DNA of 40,584 bases from Chloroflexi bacterium RBG_19FT_COMBO_62_14 (GCA_001797105.1 MGOM01000112.1:12532-53115); one strand, 5' to 3'; counted from the stretch's first letter, positions 9,440-17,732 are shown. Program-made: numbers and translations. The notes: generated by a model from the letters alone, not told the origin.

Positions 9440-10053
9440 AACTGGACCACTCGAGGGTGGGTCCGGTAGTGTTCGGCGTTGATGATCGCCATGATGGTGT
9501 CGACGGTGTTGTCCAACCGCTGATCGGGATTTACCACCAGATAGTCAAAGATGTCGACTCTCTTCAACTCCTGGCGCGCCGTAGCGATCCGCAATTTCAG
9601 GTTTTCGGGCTCCTCCGTCCGGCGGAGCCGGAGCCGCTCGACGAGCTCGACCTCGGACTGGGTCGTCAGGAAGATCAGGAGCGCCTCCGGGAATAGCTTG
9701 CGAATGGTCTCGGCCCCCTGAACATCCAGGCGCATGACGACGTCGCGGCCGCTGGCCAGCGCTTGCTGCACCTGCTGGCGGGGGATTCCCTTGTAATCGT
9801 TATAGACAAAGGCGTGTTCGAGCAACTCTCCTTGTTCGATCATCTCGGCGAACTGGTCGCGGGTCACAAAGATATAGTCCTTGCCATCCACTTCGTTCGG
9901 CCGTATGGCGCGCGTTGTCGCCGTCACGACAAAGTGGAAGGGCAGTTGGCGCTCCATCATGCGCTGCAGGACGGTGTCCTTGCCGACGCCTGAAGGGCCG
10001 GAGATCACGATAAGCAAGGGACGGCGCTGATTGGCGATCAATTCGTTGAGCAC
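9436..10053 (-). CDS. gmk: Guanylate kinase
   Basis: P-loop ISGPSGVGKDT and the typical Gmk body. The longest ORF in the track extends to a TTG at 10161. That extension overlaps the divergent zinc-ribbon gene and its promoter. An in-frame GTG at 10053 gives a normal-length N-terminus, but the start is uncertain. Confidence 0.88.
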   Translation of the reverse strand: MLNELIANQRRPLLIVISGPSGVGKDTVLQRMMERQLPFHFVVTATTRAIRPNEVDGKDYIFVTRDQFAEMIEQGELLEHAFVYNDYKGIPRQQVQQALASGRDVVMRLDVQGAETIRKLFPEALLIFLTTQSEVELVERLRLRRTEEPENLKLRIATARQELKRVDIFDYLVVNPDQRLDNTVDTIMAIINAEHYRTHPRVVQL

Positions 10054-10056
10054 GCG

Positions 10057-10085
10057 TTGAAGCCTCTCGATTGGCCCAGTATAAT
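10057..10085 (+). promoter_or_regulatory. Sigma70-type promoter for the FmdB-like zinc-ribbon gene
   Basis: TTGAAG (10057-10062), N17, TATAAT (10080-10085), then SD GGAGGG (10095-10100) and the ATG at 10105. Confidence 0.55.
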
Positions 10086-10104
10086 CGAAATACCGGAGGG
10101 AGCG

Positions 10105-10491
10105 ATGCCGACGTATGAGTATGGCTGTCGCGACTGTCGCAAGCGCGTCGCCGTTTTTCAAACCTATGTCGAGTATGGCCGGAGCGAGGTCGTGTGCCCG
10201 AACTGCGGCAGCCGGAACTTGAAACGGCTGATCAGCCGGGTGCGGATCGCCCGCTCGGAGGACTCGCGGATCGAGAATATGGGCGATCCGGATTCTTGGG
10301 GCGACGTTGACGAAGAAGACCCGCGAGCGATGGCGCGAATGATGCGGCGGATGGGCAAGGAGTTGGGAGAGGATCTACCGCCCGAGTTCGACGAGGTGGT
10401 CGATCGCCTCGAGGCCGGGGATGATCCGGAAGACATCGAAGGTTCGCTGCCGGACATGGGCGGCGGGGGTGACATGGCCTGGGAAGACTAG
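10105..10491 (+). CDS. FmdB-family putative regulatory zinc-ribbon protein with an acidic tail
   Basis: MPTYEYGCRDCRKRV...CPNCGS is the classic FmdB CxxC..CxxC ribbon. The C-terminus is D/E-rich. The internal ATG with a strong SD is preferred over the ORF-track start at 10057. Confidence 0.8.
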   Translation: MPTYEYGCRDCRKRVAVFQTYVEYGRSEVVCPNCGSRNLKRLISRVRIARSEDSRIENMGDPDSWGDVDEEDPRAMARMMRRMGKELGEDLPPEFDEVVDRLEAGDDPEDIEGSLPDMGGGGDMAWED

Positions 10492-10498
10492 CCCCAAG

Positions 10499-10525
10499 CC
10501 AGGTCTGGGTGGTCGCCCACCCTGG
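10499..10525 (+). terminator. Candidate stem-loop downstream of the zinc-ribbon gene
   Basis: CCAG-G/TCT bulge-GGGTGG tcg CCCACC-CTGG, starting 8 nt after the stop. No clear U-run. Confidence 0.35.
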
Positions 10526-10557
10526 TGAGGGGGGCCGGTGGAATTCGAATGGCAGGT

Positions 10558-10579
10558 ACGGGGCGGTCACGCGCCCCGT
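10558..10579. terminator. GC-rich hairpin in the convergent intergenic region (candidate terminator for tmk and/or the zinc-ribbon gene)
   Basis: Perfect 8-bp stem ACGGGGCG (10558-10565) / CGCCCCGT (10572-10579). Flanking T-runs are weak. Confidence 0.35.
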
Positions 10580-10626
10580 CGTCGTTAAGATCCGGCATAA
10601 AGATGGCGTCGAGGGTCAGGGACGGG

Positions 10627-11244
10627 TCAGGCGAGTCTTCCGGCGACGATCGAGCGGATGTCCGCCTGCACCCGGTCCATGGGCCGGGTTGCGTCGACGA
10701 TCACCCAGCGACTGCGGTCGGCCTCGGCCATGACCAGATATCCCTGGCGGATCCGGCGGTGGAAGTCCACATTGTAGTCGTCGAGCCGGTTCCAATGACC
10801 GGTTTCTCTACGTCGGCCCAGCCCGGCTTCGACTGGGAGGTCGAGCAGGAGGGTGAGGTCGGGCTTCAGACCGCCCGTGACGAACGATGTGATCGTGCGC
10901 AGAACCTCGAGATCGAGCTGGTGACCATAGCCTTGATAGGCCAGCGACGAGTCGTAGAAGCGATCGCACACCACCACTCCACCCCTCTTCAGGTGTGGCC
11001 GGATCACTTCGTGCACGAGCTGGGCTCGTGAGGCCGAGAAGAGCAAGAACTCCGCCTGCGGGAGCATACCGGCGTTGTCGAGCGACATCAACACCTTGCG
11101 GATCTGGTCACCGATCGGGGTACCGCCCGGCTCGCGCGTCAACAGGACGTCAACCCCGGTGCTGCCCAGGTGCGCGGCAAGGTCCTTGGCCTGGGTTGAC
11201 TTGCCGCCCCCATCGGGGCCTTCGAGCGTGACGAACAAACTCAC
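10627..11244 (-). CDS. tmk: Thymidylate kinase
   Basis: 205 aa. P-loop LEGPDGGGKSTQ and the DR(F/Y) motif CDRFYDSSLAYQG. The start overlaps the upstream stop by 4 nt. Confidence 0.93.
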   Translation of the reverse strand: MSLFVTLEGPDGGGKSTQAKDLAAHLGSTGVDVLLTREPGGTPIGDQIRKVLMSLDNAGMLPQAEFLLFSASRAQLVHEVIRPHLKRGGVVVCDRFYDSSLAYQGYGHQLDLEVLRTITSFVTGGLKPDLTLLLDLPVEAGLGRRRETGHWNRLDDYNVDFHRRIRQGYLVMAEADRSRWVIVDATRPMDRVQADIRSIVAGRLA

Positions 11245-12842
11245 TCGCGGAAAATCCTGACGCGCCGGCGGGGCTCCTTGCCGTAGGAGTGTGAAATCAA
11301 ATTCGCCTGGCGGGCCATCTGGTGCTGGAGGCGGCGAAAGTAGGCTGAAGCCGGCGGGAGATCGATCGAACGCGTCCCATTGAGCACGGCCTGGATCGCT
11401 CGCTCCGTCTCCTGCATGGAACCCTCAAGGGACGGGTCTTCGGCCGTGACTGTCTCCAATTCGAACAGGTCGGAAAGGAAGCTCTCCATCTGAGCGACAG
11501 TATTGGCGCGCAAGACGTAGATCGGGAGGCGTCTGGTCTCGGCGTCGGCGATCGTCTTCTGCCGGCGGCGGTAGTAGGCTCGCAGCGTGACCAGCACGTC
11601 TGCCTCACCGACGTCGTCGACCAATAGTGCCGGGAGATGGAAGCGTTTGGCGGCTTGCCGCAAACGGTTACGGGCCACGCCGTAGGCATAGATCCTGACC
11701 GACGAGCGACCGGCAACCAGCGGCATATGTGGCGGCGTTGGTGAATACGGCAAACCCTCCCGCAGATCGGTTTCCATCGCCGACGGGACGGCGGCCTGGC
11801 GTCGGTACCCGGTTTCGCCGCGCCGCGAACCAGGCGGCGGAGGTGAAGCGGGAGAGATGTGCATCTCGCCCTGTTCGTCCCGATAGCGGAGTTCCGGGGG
11901 CAGGCCTCGCCCTCGGAGGAGCCCGTCGACGGAGGCCGCCACGTCGTGATGGACGGCCAGACGTTCGCGGTTCTGGATCTCGATCAGAACATCAAACGTC
12001 GGTGCGGCGCGCCTTTCCAGCACGGTCTTCTGTGTGCCTCGCCGGCGGGCCTCTTCGTCTGAAAGGGTCACCGATTCGATTCCCCCGATCAGGTCGGAGA
12101 GGGTGGGGTTCAAGAGCAGGTTCTCGAGGTTGTTGCCGTGGGCGGTGCCGATAAGCTGGACCCCGCGCTCGGCGATCGTGCGGGCGGCGACGGCTTCGAG
12201 CTCGCGGCCGATTTCATCGATGACGATAACCTCAGGATTGTGATTCTCGACGCCCTCGATCATGACTTCGTGTTGGAGGACCGGCTGGCGCACCTGCATC
12301 CGGCGGGCGCGGCCGATCGCCGGGTGCGGCACGTCACCGTCGCCGGCGATCTCGTTCGAGGTATCGACGATGACGACGCGCTTCGCCTCCGCCAGGATCC
12401 GGGCGGCCTCGCGCAGCATCGTCGTCTTTCCCACCCCGGGGCGTCCCAGCAGCAGGACACTCTTGCCGCTGGTGATAATGTCTTGAATGATGTCGATCGT
12501 ACCGTACACGGCCCGCCCGACGCGGCACGTCAGCCCGACGATGCGCTCGTGACGGTTGCGGATGGCAGAAATGCGGTGAAGCGTTCGCTCCATTCCGGCG
12601 CGATTGTCGGCGTCGAACTCACCGATCCGTGAAACGACATACTCCAGATCCGCCCGCAGGACTTCACGCTCACTCAGGCCGACTTCGCTGTCGACGAAGC
12701 GGGCGGTGGGGACGCGACCGAGATCGAGGATGACCTCGAGAAGATCGTCCTGTCGATTGATCTCCGTGAGTCGATGGGTGATATCAGGCGGCAGGACGCC
12801 GAGCATGGCGTCCAAATCATCGGTGATGCGTCGGCTCGTCAT
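11241..12842 (-). CDS. Ycf45/SpoIIIAA-like AAA ATPase with a C-terminal R3H nucleic-acid-binding domain
   Basis: 533 aa. Walker A GRPGVGKTT and Walker B VIVIDEIG. The N-terminus resembles SpoIIIAA. The C-terminal R3H-like segment is RRLQHQMARQANLISHSYGKEPRRRVRIF. Confidence 0.85.
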   Translation of the reverse strand: MTSRRITDDLDAMLGVLPPDITHRLTEINRQDDLLEVILDLGRVPTARFVDSEVGLSEREVLRADLEYVVSRIGEFDADNRAGMERTLHRISAIRNRHERIVGLTCRVGRAVYGTIDIIQDIITSGKSVLLLGRPGVGKTTMLREAARILAEAKRVVIVDTSNEIAGDGDVPHPAIGRARRMQVRQPVLQHEVMIEGVENHNPEVIVIDEIGRELEAVAARTIAERGVQLIGTAHGNNLENLLLNPTLSDLIGGIESVTLSDEEARRRGTQKTVLERRAAPTFDVLIEIQNRERLAVHHDVAASVDGLLRGRGLPPELRYRDEQGEMHISPASPPPPGSRRGETGYRRQAAVPSAMETDLREGLPYSPTPPHMPLVAGRSSVRIYAYGVARNRLRQAAKRFHLPALLVDDVGEADVLVTLRAYYRRRQKTIADAETRRLPIYVLRANTVAQMESFLSDLFELETVTAEDPSLEGSMQETERAIQAVLNGTRSIDLPPASAYFRRLQHQMARQANLISHSYGKEPRRRVRIFRE

Positions 12843-13846
12843 GTGGTTCCACCGGCGCCTGCGGCCGGGGTGTGTTCCTCCATCGGGATGAAAGGCGCCG
12901 TCGGCTCTGCGCGAGTCCCTTCAAGCGCTGGCAAAGCGGCCAGCGCCGGCCGCCGCACGCTGGCGGCCAGCCGCTTGACCATGACGGCCTGGTCGCTGTC
13001 CATCTCGAAGCCCAGCCGTTCCAGGGGGATCGTGAGCCAGCCATGGTAGGAGCGGACACAGACGTAGAGCGGGACCCGGCGGCGTGAGTTGGACCGGATC
13101 ATGAACTCTATCAGAAGCTCATCCGGTTCTTCGGCGGCAGGGTGGAAGTAAGGCTGGACCCAGTCCCCGAGTGGCCCGCGCTCGATATCGAGGTATCCGA
13201 GCAAGTCGCCGCCGTTCCAATACACCAGTCCTCGACCGTTCCGCCGCGGTGGCGGTTCGACCTGCTGGACCAGCCCCGGCACCAGGTTGACGTACAGAAA
13301 ACGGACCGGTGCCTCGTCAGCGGCGGTCTCGTTCCGCCAGGCGGGGGAAACGCGCCCATGATCGGGGTGGACACTCCGTTGGTCCACCGACTCTGCGGAG
13401 TACGGATCCGCCAGACGCCAGATCCGCTGACGGGCGTAGATGGCAAATCCCGCTTGACGCAGGCATTCGAAGGCAGGTGAGTCCTCGTCGACCTCGGCGA
13501 TCAGATTATGGGCGCCATGCTCGCCGGCTGTCTGGGCCAACGCATCAAGCATCGCTTCACAGGCCGGGCCGGCAACGGCTTCCGCCGGCCCGATGAATGC
13601 AAGGCGGGCGTGCGGCTGGCTGTTGTAGTGCAACATTTGGCCGACGATCGATTCACGCCCGATGCGACCGACGACGGTCAAAGCGCTCCGCCCGGGAATA
13701 AACACGTCGAGCAGGGCGTTCTGAAGCGCATGTGGGCCGCTGGTGTGGGCCAGCTGGGAATCGAAGCACAGACCGGTATCGCGAACACGGTGGAGCAAGG
13801 GCCAATCGCGCCAGTCGAGGGGTCGGAACGTGTTCGCGTCAGCCAT
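12839..13846 (-). CDS. Hypothetical protein, possibly a tandem GNAT-like (acyl-CoA N-acyltransferase) fold
   Basis: 335 aa. ...NLIAEVDEDSPAFECLRQAGFAIYARQRIW resembles a GNAT beta4-alpha3/C-terminal pattern, and the second half ends similarly (LERLGFEMD). Weak, motif-level only. Overlaps pdxT by 8 nt and the ATPase gene by 4 nt. Confidence 0.5.
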   Translation of the reverse strand: MADANTFRPLDWRDWPLLHRVRDTGLCFDSQLAHTSGPHALQNALLDVFIPGRSALTVVGRIGRESIVGQMLHYNSQPHARLAFIGPAEAVAGPACEAMLDALAQTAGEHGAHNLIAEVDEDSPAFECLRQAGFAIYARQRIWRLADPYSAESVDQRSVHPDHGRVSPAWRNETAADEAPVRFLYVNLVPGLVQQVEPPPRRNGRGLVYWNGGDLLGYLDIERGPLGDWVQPYFHPAAEEPDELLIEFMIRSNSRRRVPLYVCVRSYHGWLTIPLERLGFEMDSDQAVMVKRLAASVRRPALAALPALEGTRAEPTAPFIPMEEHTPAAGAGGTT

Positions 13847-14429
13847 CGGCCATTGCCATGAAATAACGATGAAGCCGCGGGTCTCCGGTCAGTTCCGGAT
13901 GGAAGGAAGTCGCCAGCATCCGCCCCTGTCGCGCGGCGACGACGCGTGGCTCGGAGGCGCCATCGGAGCCCGACAATGAAGCCATGACGGTTACGTCGGG
14001 GCCGGTGTGCAGGATCAACGGGGCCCGGATGAAGATGGCGTGGAACGGCCGCCTCGGGTCTTCGATGCCGGCGATGCTGAGGTCGGCTTCGAAGCTCTCC
14101 ACCTGGCGGCCAAAGGCGTTGCGTTCCACGGTGATATCCATAAGACCCAGCAGGGGTTGCCGCCGTTGGGCGTCACACGACAGGAAGATCGCCCCGGCGC
14201 AGGTCCCCCAGATCGCCTGGCTTGCGCCGAACCGACGGAGGGGCTCGATCAAACCATAGGTCGTCGCCAGCTTCCCGATCGTCGTCGATTCGCCGCCGGG
14301 AATGATCAGCCCGTCCAGGCCTTCAAGCTGCGAGGGGAGGCGCACCTCGCGTGCCTCGACCCCCAGAGTGTCCAGCACTGCCCGATGCTCGGCGAAATCA
14401 CCTTGCAGGGCAAGCACGCCGATCTTCAT
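13839..14429 (-). CDS. pdxT: Pyridoxal 5'-phosphate synthase, glutaminase subunit
   Basis: 196 aa. MKIGVLALQGDFAEH start, catalytic GTCAG cysteine, and FHPE at the C-terminus. Confidence 0.93.
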   Translation of the reverse strand: MKIGVLALQGDFAEHRAVLDTLGVEAREVRLPSQLEGLDGLIIPGGESTTIGKLATTYGLIEPLRRFGASQAIWGTCAGAIFLSCDAQRRQPLLGLMDITVERNAFGRQVESFEADLSIAGIEDPRRPFHAIFIRAPLILHTGPDVTVMASLSGSDGASEPRVVAARQGRMLATSFHPELTGDPRLHRYFMAMADG

Positions 14430-14935
14430 TCTGCAACACTTTTCCTTTTTCCGCTCCAGGCTTCGATGTCGATGGCGAAGACCGCGGTGCTGTCCATTTC
14501 ATCCGTCGTTATGCCTCGATAGTCCTCGCCCGGTTTGAGGTCGGGGAAGTACTTGTCGAGCAAGCCCTGGAGGGCGCGGCGTTTTTCTTCTACGTCTCCA
14601 AGCACGCGCGCCCGTCCGAAGGCGCACACGCCCGAATACTCCATGCTGAACTCGAGGGCGGTATCCGCTGGGAGGAGGCGCCCCATCTCGGCCAAGCCGA
14701 AGCAGACCTGCGGGTTGCGCTCGATGTTGTGGCGGGTCCGGCCTTCGAGGGCGGTGTGGAAATAAACGGTACGCGTGGAGGCGTCGAACCAAAACGAGTT
14801 GGAATGGATAAACGGCTGCTGATCGAGGCAGGTGGCGATGAATCCGATCGCCGCCCGGTCGAGTTGCGCGGCGATCTCGGCCTCGTCCGTGACGGCACGA
14901 TCGCTGCGCCGCATTCGTGTGCGTTCGTCGATCAT
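14426..14935 (-). CDS. Pyridoxamine 5'-phosphate oxidase-related FMN-binding split-barrel protein (NimA / Pyridox_ox_2-like)
   Basis: 169 aa. MRRSDRAV...EIAAQLDRAAIGFIATC...YFHTALEGRTRHNIERNPQVCF pattern. Lies between pdxS and pdxT. Its stop overlaps the pdxT start (4 nt). Confidence 0.8.
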   Translation of the reverse strand: MIDERTRMRRSDRAVTDEAEIAAQLDRAAIGFIATCLDQQPFIHSNSFWFDASTRTVYFHTALEGRTRHNIERNPQVCFGLAEMGRLLPADTALEFSMEYSGVCAFGRARVLGDVEEKRRALQGLLDKYFPDLKPGEDYRGITTDEMDSTAVFAIDIEAWSGKRKSVAE

Positions 14936-14966
14936 TCCGACCGCGTTAGGTCGCCTGGCCGTCCGC

Positions 14967-15854
14967 TCACCACCCGCGTACGGCCAGGCGCTCGGCCTGA
15001 GGAAGATCGGAGACGCCGATGCCGATCATCGGTTCGCCGAGACCTTTGCTGACCTCCGCCAGGATTTCCGGGTTGTCGAAGTGGGTGGTGGCTTCGACGA
15101 TGGCCTTGGCCCGGCGGGCCGGATCGCCCGACTTGAAGATTCCCGAGCCGACGAAAACGCCATCGACCCCGAGCTGCATCATCAAGGCGGCGTCGGCCGG
15201 CGTGGCGAGGCCTCCGGCGGCGAAGTTCACAACGGGCAGGCGTCCGAGTTCCTTCGTCTCGCGCACGAGCTCAAACGGGGCCCCGATTTGTTTGGAGTAC
15301 GTCATCAACTCCTCGTCGGGGGTGTTCTGGAGCTTGCGGATCTCACCCAGGACCGCCCGCGCGTGGCGGACGGCTTCGATGACGTCCCCCGTCCCGGCCT
15401 CGCCTTTGGTGCGGATCATCGCCGCGCCCTCGCCGATGCGGCGCAGCGCTTCGCCCAGGTCCCGGCAACCGCAGACAAAGGGAATCCGGAAAGGATGCTT
15501 GTCGATGTGATGGGCCTCGTCGGCCGGAGTAAGCACTTCCGATTCGTCGATGTAGTCGACGCCCAGCGCCTCGAGGATCTGAGCCTCGACGAAATGGCCG
15601 ATCCGGCACTTAGCCATGACCGGGATCGTCACCGATTCCATGATTTGCTCGATCAAAGCGGGATCGCTCATGCGGGCGACGCCGCCATGGGCGCGGATGT
15701 CAGCCGGGACGCGCTCCAAGGCCATCACGGCGACCGCTCCGGCCTCTTCGGCGATGCGCGCGTGCTCAGGGGTGACGACGTCCATGATCACGCCGCCCTT
15801 GAGCATCTGTGCCAATCCTTTCTTGACGGCGAATGTCCCTCGTTCCTTCTCCAC
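14967..15854 (-). CDS. pdxS: Pyridoxal 5'-phosphate synthase, lyase subunit
   Basis: [45 protein letters not shown] etc. The track ORF (to 16076) carries a non-PdxS N-terminal extension of about 74 aa. An in-frame GTG at 15854 is preceded by AGGAGG (15865-15860) with a 5-nt spacer and gives a canonical 295-aa PdxS. Confidence 0.93.
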   Translation of the reverse strand: MEKERGTFAVKKGLAQMLKGGVIMDVVTPEHARIAEEAGAVAVMALERVPADIRAHGGVARMSDPALIEQIMESVTIPVMAKCRIGHFVEAQILEALGVDYIDESEVLTPADEAHHIDKHPFRIPFVCGCRDLGEALRRIGEGAAMIRTKGEAGTGDVIEAVRHARAVLGEIRKLQNTPDEELMTYSKQIGAPFELVRETKELGRLPVVNFAAGGLATPADAALMMQLGVDGVFVGSGIFKSGDPARRAKAIVEATTHFDNPEILAEVSKGLGEPMIGIGVSDLPQAERLAVRGW

Positions 15855-15885
15855 CTTCGCCTCCTGCTCTAAGTCCTTCGAGGCG

Positions 15886-15894
15886 ATTCTACCA
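15886..15894 (-). promoter_or_regulatory. Extended -10 promoter element for pdxS
   Basis: Minus strand reads TGgTAGAAT about 30 nt upstream of the pdxS GTG. The -35 is poor, which is compatible with an extended -10 type. Confidence 0.45.
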
Positions 15895-16033
15895 CGTGCA
15901 GACCGTGAGCATGATTCGAGCGTCTCGCATGACGGACGAGTCGTGGATTTGTTGGCCTTTCGATCGAGTCCGAGTGGGCGCGGCGCGGAGTATCGCCATC
16001 GGAGGCGGCCGAAGGAGGGAGACTGACTCCGGC

Positions 16034-16061
16034 TTGACAGACCGGCACTTTCGTATACAAT
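16034..16061 (+). promoter_or_regulatory. Near-consensus sigma70 promoter for the GntR-led gene cluster
   Basis: TTGACA (16034-16039), N16, TACAAT (16056-16061). The -10 is the first unit of the tandem repeat array. Confidence 0.6.
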
Positions 16062-16094
16062 GATACAAAGATACAATGCTACAATGAGACAATT
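16055..16094. repeat. Five phased 8-bp tandem repeats (candidate operator / iteron-like array)
   Basis: ATACAATG (16055), ATACAAAG (16063), ATACAATG (16071), CTACAATG (16079) and AGACAATT (16087), head to tail without gaps. The array is AT-rich within a GC-rich genome. A GTATAC palindrome lies at 16053-16058. Confidence 0.7.
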
Positions 16095-16109
16095 AGGTCA
16101 ATTGCCACG

Positions 16110-16523
16110 ATGATGCTCGAGCTTGATTTCCGCAGCAAGGTTCCGATCTACGTCCAGGTTGTGGAACAGATCAAGCACCTCGTGGCAGCTGGGGTCCTCA
16201 AGCCGGGCGATCAATTACCGACCGTCCGCCAGATGGCGGCCGACCTGAGGGTGAACTTCAACACCATCGCCCGGGCTTATCGGCTGCTGGACGAGGCCGG
16301 GGTGATCTCGACCCAGCAAGGGCGGGGAACGTATCTTCTCGAACCGTTCCCTCCGGCGCAGGCCACAGGGCTCAGAAACGCGGCACTGCGCGGCTTGGCG
16401 AGTTCTTTTCTGGCAGACGCCGCCCGTCTGGGTTTCACGCCTCAAGAAGTGCTCAAGGCCGCCCAGGCGATGATCGAGCGCTGGAAAGAGGAAGGGTCGC
16501 CCCCCGGGGACGAGTCAAACTAG
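16110..16523 (+). CDS. GntR-family transcriptional regulator, YtrA-like (short effector domain)
   Basis: 137 aa. wHTH LPTVRQMAADLRVNFNTIARAYRLLDEAGVISTQQGRGTYL. The C-terminal extension is only about 60 aa. Confidence 0.9.
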   Translation: MMLELDFRSKVPIYVQVVEQIKHLVAAGVLKPGDQLPTVRQMAADLRVNFNTIARAYRLLDEAGVISTQQGRGTYLLEPFPPAQATGLRNAALRGLASSFLADAARLGFTPQEVLKAAQAMIERWKEEGSPPGDESN

Positions 16524-16538
16524 AGAGGAAGGTGCCTG

Positions 16539-17516
16539 GTGTTCAAACGAGTGGATTGGCAGTCAAAAGATAAGCAAGGCGAGACGATGCGCGCGGCGGG
16601 CTACCGCATTCCCGGTGCCGCCTGGGGAGTGTGGGGTATTCTGGTCGTGGTCGCCGGCTTGTTGGGCGCGCTGCTGGGATCCAGCGGTGCCGCTTCGCTA
16701 ACGCTCGGTCTCAGCGTGACGGTGGTGATCCTGTTGTCCCTCGTGTTTCTTTTCGCCATCAAGGTCGCCGACCAGTGGGAGAAAGCTGTCGTGCTTCGCT
16801 TTGGGCGGTTTGTCGGGCTGAGGGGCCCGGGGATTTTCTGGCTCATGCCGATTGTAGAAACCGCACCGGTGTGGATCGATCACCGGGTGATGGTCACCCC
16901 GTTCCGGGCCGAGAAGACTCTGACGAAAGATACCGTCCCGGTAGATGTGGATGCGGTCCTCTTCTGGCTCGTTTGGGACGCTGAGAAGGCAGCCTTGGAA
17001 GTCGAGGACTACCGGGTGGCGATCGCCTGGGCGGCGCAGACGGCGCTGCGGGAAGTCATCGGACAGAAAGACCTGGCCGAGATCCTGGTCGGGCGGGCCC
17101 TGATGGATCGCGAGCTCCAGAGGATTATCGACGAGCGGACGACCCCGTGGGGCGTGACCGTGCAATCGGTTGAGATCCGCGATGTCGTCATCCCACAGGA
17201 CTTAGAGGACGCCATGAGCCGCCAGGCTCAGGCAGAGCGCGAGCGCCAGGCGCGGGTGATCCTAGGAGAGTCGGAGAAACAGATCGCCCAGTCGTTCGCC
17301 GATGCCTCACAGGCCTATCGACAGAATCCCACGGCCCTGCACTTGCGTGCGATGAACATGCTCTTCGAGGGGCTGAAGGAGAAGGGGGCTCTGGTCATCG
17401 TCCCCTCCAGCGCAGTGGATACGATGAACCTGGGCGGGCTGATGGGGATGACCTCCCTGGCCCGGGAAGCGCTCAATCCTCCAGTCTCGAGCACAGAAAC
17501 CTCCGAGGAGGGTTGA
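16539..17516 (+). CDS. SPFH/band-7 (stomatin/slipin-like) membrane protein
   Basis: 325 aa. N-terminal TM segments, then QWEKAVVLRFGRFVGLRGPGIFWLMPIVE...TKDTVPVDVDAVLFW. The coiled-coil tail is EDAMSRQAQAERERQARV. GTG start with SD. An alternative ATG lies at 16587. Confidence 0.9.
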   Translation: MFKRVDWQSKDKQGETMRAAGYRIPGAAWGVWGILVVVAGLLGALLGSSGAASLTLGLSVTVVILLSLVFLFAIKVADQWEKAVVLRFGRFVGLRGPGIFWLMPIVETAPVWIDHRVMVTPFRAEKTLTKDTVPVDVDAVLFWLVWDAEKAALEVEDYRVAIAWAAQTALREVIGQKDLAEILVGRALMDRELQRIIDERTTPWGVTVQSVEIRDVVIPQDLEDAMSRQAQAERERQARVILGESEKQIAQSFADASQAYRQNPTALHLRAMNMLFEGLKEKGALVIVPSSAVDTMNLGGLMGMTSLAREALNPPVSSTETSEEG

Positions 17517-17732
17517 GTGGCCCCCAGATGGGAATACCAGGTCCAGATCCTGGGGAGCTTCTGGCGCGGCCCTCGAGCGGAGGATGTGCAAGAGTTCCTG
17601 ACACAGGCCGCCGAGGACGGCTGGGAGCCGCTTGAGCTGACGACCATCCAGAACAGCAGTAAGATGATGCTCATCTTGCGGCGCTCAACCGAGACCGCCG
17701 GTCGCACGCGGCGGGCCAAGACCTGGCCGTGA
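17517..17732 (+). CDS. DUF4177-like small protein
   Basis: 71 aa. WEYQV...EFLTQAAEDGWEPLELT pattern. GTG start abuts the SPFH stop. Confidence 0.7.
   Translation: MAPRWEYQVQILGSFWRGPRAEDVQEFLTQAAEDGWEPLELTTIQNSSKMMLILRRSTETAGRTRRAKTWP

Noticed and set aside
14832-15872. 346-aa plus-strand ORF, and similar long ORFs at 5600..6352(-), 23493..24191(-), 24339..25211(-), 34890..35600(-) and 20594..21298(-).
   Set aside because: Each lies antisense to a gene with clear family motifs (pdxS, dipeptidase, ParB-USP, histidine kinase, Ig/zinc-ribbon protein). Their sequences are R/D/G/H-rich with no recognisable domains.
15855-16076. N-terminal extension of the pdxS ORF (also 34695..34886 for dnaN, 38034..38297 for the MFS, 38746..38862 for nth, 39016..39333 for the metallophosphoesterase, 21073..21369 for the methyltransferase and 22527..22727 for the PRTase).
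   Set aside because: The extensions are not homologous-looking. They overlap neighbouring genes or promoters. Internal starts with good SDs, or with leaderless promoter geometry, give canonical protein lengths.
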